Shown here: in pieces, positions 60,935 through 64,000 of the stretch
Layout: each line of letters opens with the position of its first letter
How positions within the stretch are numbered: the stretch's first letter is position 1
Source of the DNA: Terriglobia bacterium
GTDB taxonomy: Bacteria; Acidobacteriota; Polarisedimenticolia; Polarisedimenticolales; CAVOVZ01
Assembly (NCBI GenBank): GCA_963699985.1
Contig: CAVOVZ010000013.1
Coordinates: 327,852-391,851, forward strand
Direction: 5' to 3'
DNA length: 64,000 bases
The notes under the pieces: model-generated
What the model was told of the DNA's origin: nothing
Database searches by the model: none
The model's input: the letters and a program-made list of their open reading frames with translations, nothing else
Translations under genes and position numbers: made by a program

Positions 60935-62305
60935 TCACAACCTCCGCAGGAGCTCGGAGATGCCTCGCGCCAGACCGGCGAGATCGTGAGCCTCCACCGC
61001 CACGTCAGCGAACGGGAGGTACTCCGGCAGAGCCGAATCGCCGGTCCCCCACCGCGCTCCCGGCTCGGGGACGAGCCAGAGCACGGCGCGGCATCGTCGC
61101 GCGATTTCCTCCAGGGTCCATGCGAGCGGATCGAAGCGATTCGTGCGGCCGTCGCCCAGGATCACGAGCACGGTGTCGCGGCTTCCGGGACGAAGGTTGC
61201 CCTGCAGCACGGCGTGGAGCGCACGCCCGTAGTCGCTGGGCGCGTCCAGGTTGAGACCCCGAAGGGACTCGAGCATCGCCGAGAACGGAGACGAAGCCGG
61301 GCGAATTCCCAGGCCCAACCTGCGCGCGCCTCTCGTTCCCCTGCCGGGCATCGAGGGGACGGCGCCGGAGTCGCGGCCGCGCCGATCGAGCCACCTGCGG
61401 ACCGCCTCCGTCGCGTCCACCGGGCGGTCGACGAACGCGATCACGCGCGCGTCCCGCCCCACGCGAAGGAACGCCGAGGCCATCCAGAGGAAGAAACCGG
61501 TGGCTCGCGCCGCCGAGAACGACACGTCCACGAGGAGAACGACCCGCAGGCGTCGGGGCCTCTTGCGCCGGAACGGCAGAACGAACGGGATCCCGCCGTG
61601 AGCGAGGTTCTCTCGGAACACCCGCCGCAGGAAGATGCGCCCGGACCCGGACCTCCGAACACGGCGACCGGTCCGCAGGCGGATCTCCTCGAGGAGGCGG
61701 GGAACCAGGTCCGCGAGCGCCTTCTCTTCCTCGGTGGCCATCGCCCGGGAGAGCTCGCGATGGACCCGGCGCGGCGTGCCACGAGCATCGGTTCGGCCAA
61801 CCTTCTGCTCGGCGCTCGGGGAGGCGCGGAGAATCCGGAGCCGCCCGGCCGGCCGAGGCGATTCCGATCGGATCCGCTCCAGGAGATCCTCCGCGCCGCC
61901 CCGACGTCGCTCGGCGGCCGGAGTTGGGCGAACGAGACGGCGGCTCTCCCGCTCCGACATCGGCTTCCCGGGGGCGTTGCGCTCCTCACGCGGCGGTACG
62001 CGGCGGGCGCCGGCCTCCCGGCCGGATCGCCCGTGCGAGCCTCCCGGTCCCTCCCCCTTTGCGGTCCCCTCGCGTCCGCGTCCGGGAATCTCCGGTGAAG
62101 CGAAGAACCGGTCGAAGACCCGGTCGAACACGGCGCGCCGCCGCCGATCCTTCGCGAGGGTGGCGCGTAGCGCCGCCTTGAACCGGGCGCGCGCCTCGAC
62201 CCCGAGCGTCTCGACGGCCCGCACCGCGTCCACGAGCTCCGCGGGGGATACGGCGGCGCCCTCGACGCGAAGCGCCTCGGCGAATCTCCCGATGGCGGGA
62301 ATCAT
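60935..62305 (-). CDS. VWA-domain protein, CoxE-like partner of MoxR ATPase
   Basis: ATG 62305 overlaps the moxR stop (ATGA). Contains MIPAIGRFAEALRVEGAAVSPAELVDAVRAV... and the C-terminal ...LRVVLLVDVSFSAARATGFFL...VLVILGDGRTNRFDP...AVLWLVPEP. Confidence 0.75.
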   Translation of the reverse strand: MIPAIGRFAEALRVEGAAVSPAELVDAVRAVETLGVEARARFKAALRATLAKDRRRRAVFDRVFDRFFASPEIPGRGREGTAKGEGPGGSHGRSGREAGARRVPPREERNAPGKPMSERESRRLVRPTPAAERRRGGAEDLLERIRSESPRPAGRLRILRASPSAEQKVGRTDARGTPRRVHRELSRAMATEEEKALADLVPRLLEEIRLRTGRRVRRSGSGRIFLRRVFRENLAHGGIPFVLPFRRKRPRRLRVVLLVDVSFSAARATGFFLWMASAFLRVGRDARVIAFVDRPVDATEAVRRWLDRRGRDSGAVPSMPGRGTRGARRLGLGIRPASSPFSAMLESLRGLNLDAPSDYGRALHAVLQGNLRPGSRDTVLVILGDGRTNRFDPLAWTLEEIARRCRAVLWLVPEPGARWGTGDSALPEYLPFADVAVEAHDLAGLARGISELLRRL

Positions 62306-63219
62306 GTTCGGAAGCGAGAGGGCTCGGCCAGAACGCGCTCGACGTCCTCGCGGTTCTTGAGGAGCGCTCCAAGCGTTTTCCGGAGCGTCGCGGCCGAAAG
62401 GCTGTCCGAGCCCACCGCGACCAGCGCAAGGGCCCAGTCCACCACTTCGGCGATACCCGGCGATTTTCGCAGGTCCGCCCGGCGGAGGGACTGCGCGAAG
62501 CGTACGACCCGCTCGGCCAGGGCCGAGGAGATCCCCGGAACACGGCTTTCGACGATTCTCATCTCGTCGTCGAACGACGGGTAGTCGAGGTAGAGATACA
62601 GACAGCGACGTCGCAGCGCTTCGGACAGATCCCGTGTGTCGTTGCTCGTGAGGACCACTCGCGGTCGGCTCTTCGCCCGAATCGTCCCAATTTCCGGGAT
62701 GGACACCTGGTAGTCCGACAGCACCTCGAGCAGAAACGCTTCGAACTCCTCGTCGGCCCGGTCCACCTCGTCCACGAGAAGGACTGCGGGCCGCTCCGAC
62801 AGGATGGCCGCGAGAATCGGCCGCGGAAGGAGGAACTCGCGCGAGAAGAACTCGTCCGCGTTCCCCCGAAGCAGCCCCATGGCCGAACGCAGATCGGCAG
62901 CGCGGGCCAGAAGCTCGCCGGTCTTCTCCCGCAGCAGCTGCACGTAGAGCATCTGCTTGCCGTACGACCACTCGTAGAGCGCCTTGCTCTCGTCCAGCCC
63001 TTCGTAGCACTGGAGCCGCACGAGCTCGGCGCCGTGAAGGTCGGCGCAGAGCTTGGCGATCTCCGTCTTGCCCACGCCCGGAGGGCCTTCGAGCAGGACC
63101 GGCTTCCCGAGGACATCCGCGAGATAGAGGGTCGTCGCGACCTCGCCCGTGCAGATGAACCCGCGCTCGGCGAAGCCCGCCTCGATCTGCTCTGGGGTCG
63201 GAAAGGTCGCTGTCGCCAC
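62302..63219 (-). CDS. MoxR/CoxD-family AAA+ ATPase
   Basis: GTG 63219 within ORF 62302-63738. Walker A LLEGPPGVGKTEIAK, Walker B VLLVDEVDRADEEFEAFLLEVLSD, and ...VVLTSNDTRDLSEALRRRC. Confidence 0.9.
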   Translation of the reverse strand: MATATFPTPEQIEAGFAERGFICTGEVATTLYLADVLGKPVLLEGPPGVGKTEIAKLCADLHGAELVRLQCYEGLDESKALYEWSYGKQMLYVQLLREKTGELLARAADLRSAMGLLRGNADEFFSREFLLPRPILAAILSERPAVLLVDEVDRADEEFEAFLLEVLSDYQVSIPEIGTIRAKSRPRVVLTSNDTRDLSEALRRRCLYLYLDYPSFDDEMRIVESRVPGISSALAERVVRFAQSLRRADLRKSPGIAEVVDWALALVAVGSDSLSAATLRKTLGALLKNREDVERVLAEPSRFRT

Positions 63220-63284
63220 TCCGGGAGTATAAACCGCTCGGCAGGCAGCCGGCTCGACACCGCCCCTCCGGGTCGAGCGCGGCG

Positions 63285-64000
63285 TCACCGCGGCGCGGTC
63301 TCCCCGATCCGAACCCCCTGCCGCTCCAACTGTTGCGCGAGGATCCGGAAGCGGGGATTCGCGGGCTGGAGGGCCAGCGCCACGCGGAGGTGTGATGCGG
63401 CTTCCTCCAGGCGGCCCGCGCGAGCCAGCGCGGTTGCGAGTCTGGCGCGCGCCTGGACGTAGCAGGGCCGACGCAACACCGCCTTCTCGAGCTCGGAGAT
63501 TCCCTCCGTGGCCCGTCCCTTCGCCAGATACGCAGATCCGAGCGCCAGGCCGTACGAGGCGACGTCCGGCGCCAACCGACTGGCTGCGCCGAGCTCCTCG
63601 ATCGCCTCGTCGAGATTTCCGCTGTCCCTCAGGGCGGAGCCGAGCTCCATCCGTGACTCGGCATGGAGAGGAGCGGCTCCGACCACCTCGCGCAGGGCGG
63701 TGATTCCCTCGTCGGTCCGGTTGAGGCGCAGCAGGCACTCGGCACGCCGTCGCGTGGCGTAGACGCTGTAGCGATCCCTGGGGAATCGTCGCAGGTACCT
63801 GTCGTAGAAGTCCAAGGCCGCGCCGTGCGTGCCGTTCAGCCGCAGCCGATCCGCCTCGAACAGCTCGGCGTGCGCGAGGAGCGGATCGATGTCTTCCGTT
63901 CGTCGTCGGGCTCTCGCACCCTCCGCAGCATGTCCCGCGGATTCCAGCGCGCGAGAGAGAACGTACCAGGCACTTGCGTCACTCTCGCTTTCGCGCGAGA
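63285..64000 (-). CDS. TPR-repeat protein, C-terminal part (5' end outside window)
   Basis: The frame of ORF 63285-63815 stays open to nt 64000 (...SAWYVLSRALESAGHAAEGARARRRTEDIDPLLAHAELFEADRLRLNGTHGAALDFYDRYL...). TPR helices include ...NLDEAIEELGAASRLAPDVASYGLALGSAYLAKGRATEGISELEKAVLRRPCYVQARARLATALARAGRLEEAASHLRVALALQP. Confidence 0.7.
   Translation of the reverse strand, partial: SRESESDASAWYVLSRALESAGHAAEGARARRRTEDIDPLLAHAELFEADRLRLNGTHGAALDFYDRYLRRFPRDRYSVYATRRRAECLLRLNRTDEGITALREVVGAAPLHAESRMELGSALRDSGNLDEAIEELGAASRLAPDVASYGLALGSAYLAKGRATEGISELEKAVLRRPCYVQARARLATALARAGRLEEAASHLRVALALQPANPRFRILAQQLERQGVRIGETAPR

Noticed and set aside
60935-63738. Long forms of the VWA (to 63010) and MoxR (to 63738) ORFs
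   Set aside because: The upstream extensions are Arg/Gly/Pro-rich and overlap the preceding genes out of frame. The internal starts 62305 (ATGA coupling) and 63219 give proteins of canonical length.
1-64000. Mobile genetic elements, prophage, integrase/transposase, toxin-antitoxin or known defence systems
   Set aside because: None of the credible CDS shows integrase, transposase, phage structural, nuclease-helicase defence or TA signatures. The only mobile-like candidates are the non-coding repeats reported above.

Overview
Very GC-rich bacterial chromosomal segment. Out-of-frame and antisense ORFs stay open for hundreds of codons, so most long Arg/Pro/Gly-rich ORFs in the track are artefacts. 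Wza, an outer-membrane beta-barrel and lipoboxes indicate a diderm host. The TPR/HEAT-rich style resembles Acidobacteriota- or Myxococcota-type genomes, but that is inference only. Layout: (i) 1-17.5 kb holds housekeeping genes (ychF, selA, purH, rlmN, rho, pyrE) interleaved with TPR/HEAT and hypothetical envelope proteins. (ii) 17.6-45.5 kb is a ~28-kb Wzx/Wzy-type exopolysaccharide locus. It carries two Wzc-like co-polymerase/tyrosine-kinase genes, Wza, an OM beta-barrel, three Wzy_C-family membrane proteins, a flippase, an initiating phosphoglycosyl transferase, several glycosyltransferases, two SAM methyltransferases and a 3-dehydrogenase/aminotransferase/N-acetyltransferase triad. (iii) 47-64 kb holds rarA, a cytochrome c operon, an LVIVD propeller, an L,D-transpeptidase operon, an orphan NuoI-Rieske-CCG Fe-S module, an RNase II/R gene and MoxR-VWA-TPR. 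Many adjacent genes are translationally coupled through ATGA/GTGA/TTGA/TGATG overlaps. The most interesting signals are these. Four paralogous secreted CarboxypepD_reg-like proteins share a C-terminal module I do not recognise ('WW / Gly-rich helix / acidic PAS(P)S tail'), and they bracket the EPS locus on both sides. A 26-30-nt motif occurs as a perfect 37-bp inverted repeat inside the locus and as a solo copy in the promoter region at its left edge. There is a 2 x 107-nt tandem repeat and two further long perfect palindromes in intergenic DNA. A stand-alone receiver domain lacks the phospho-acceptor Asp. Two genes (GT2, RNase II/R) carry single-base frameshifts. I could not support any rRNA, tRNA, CRISPR array, transposase or integrase.
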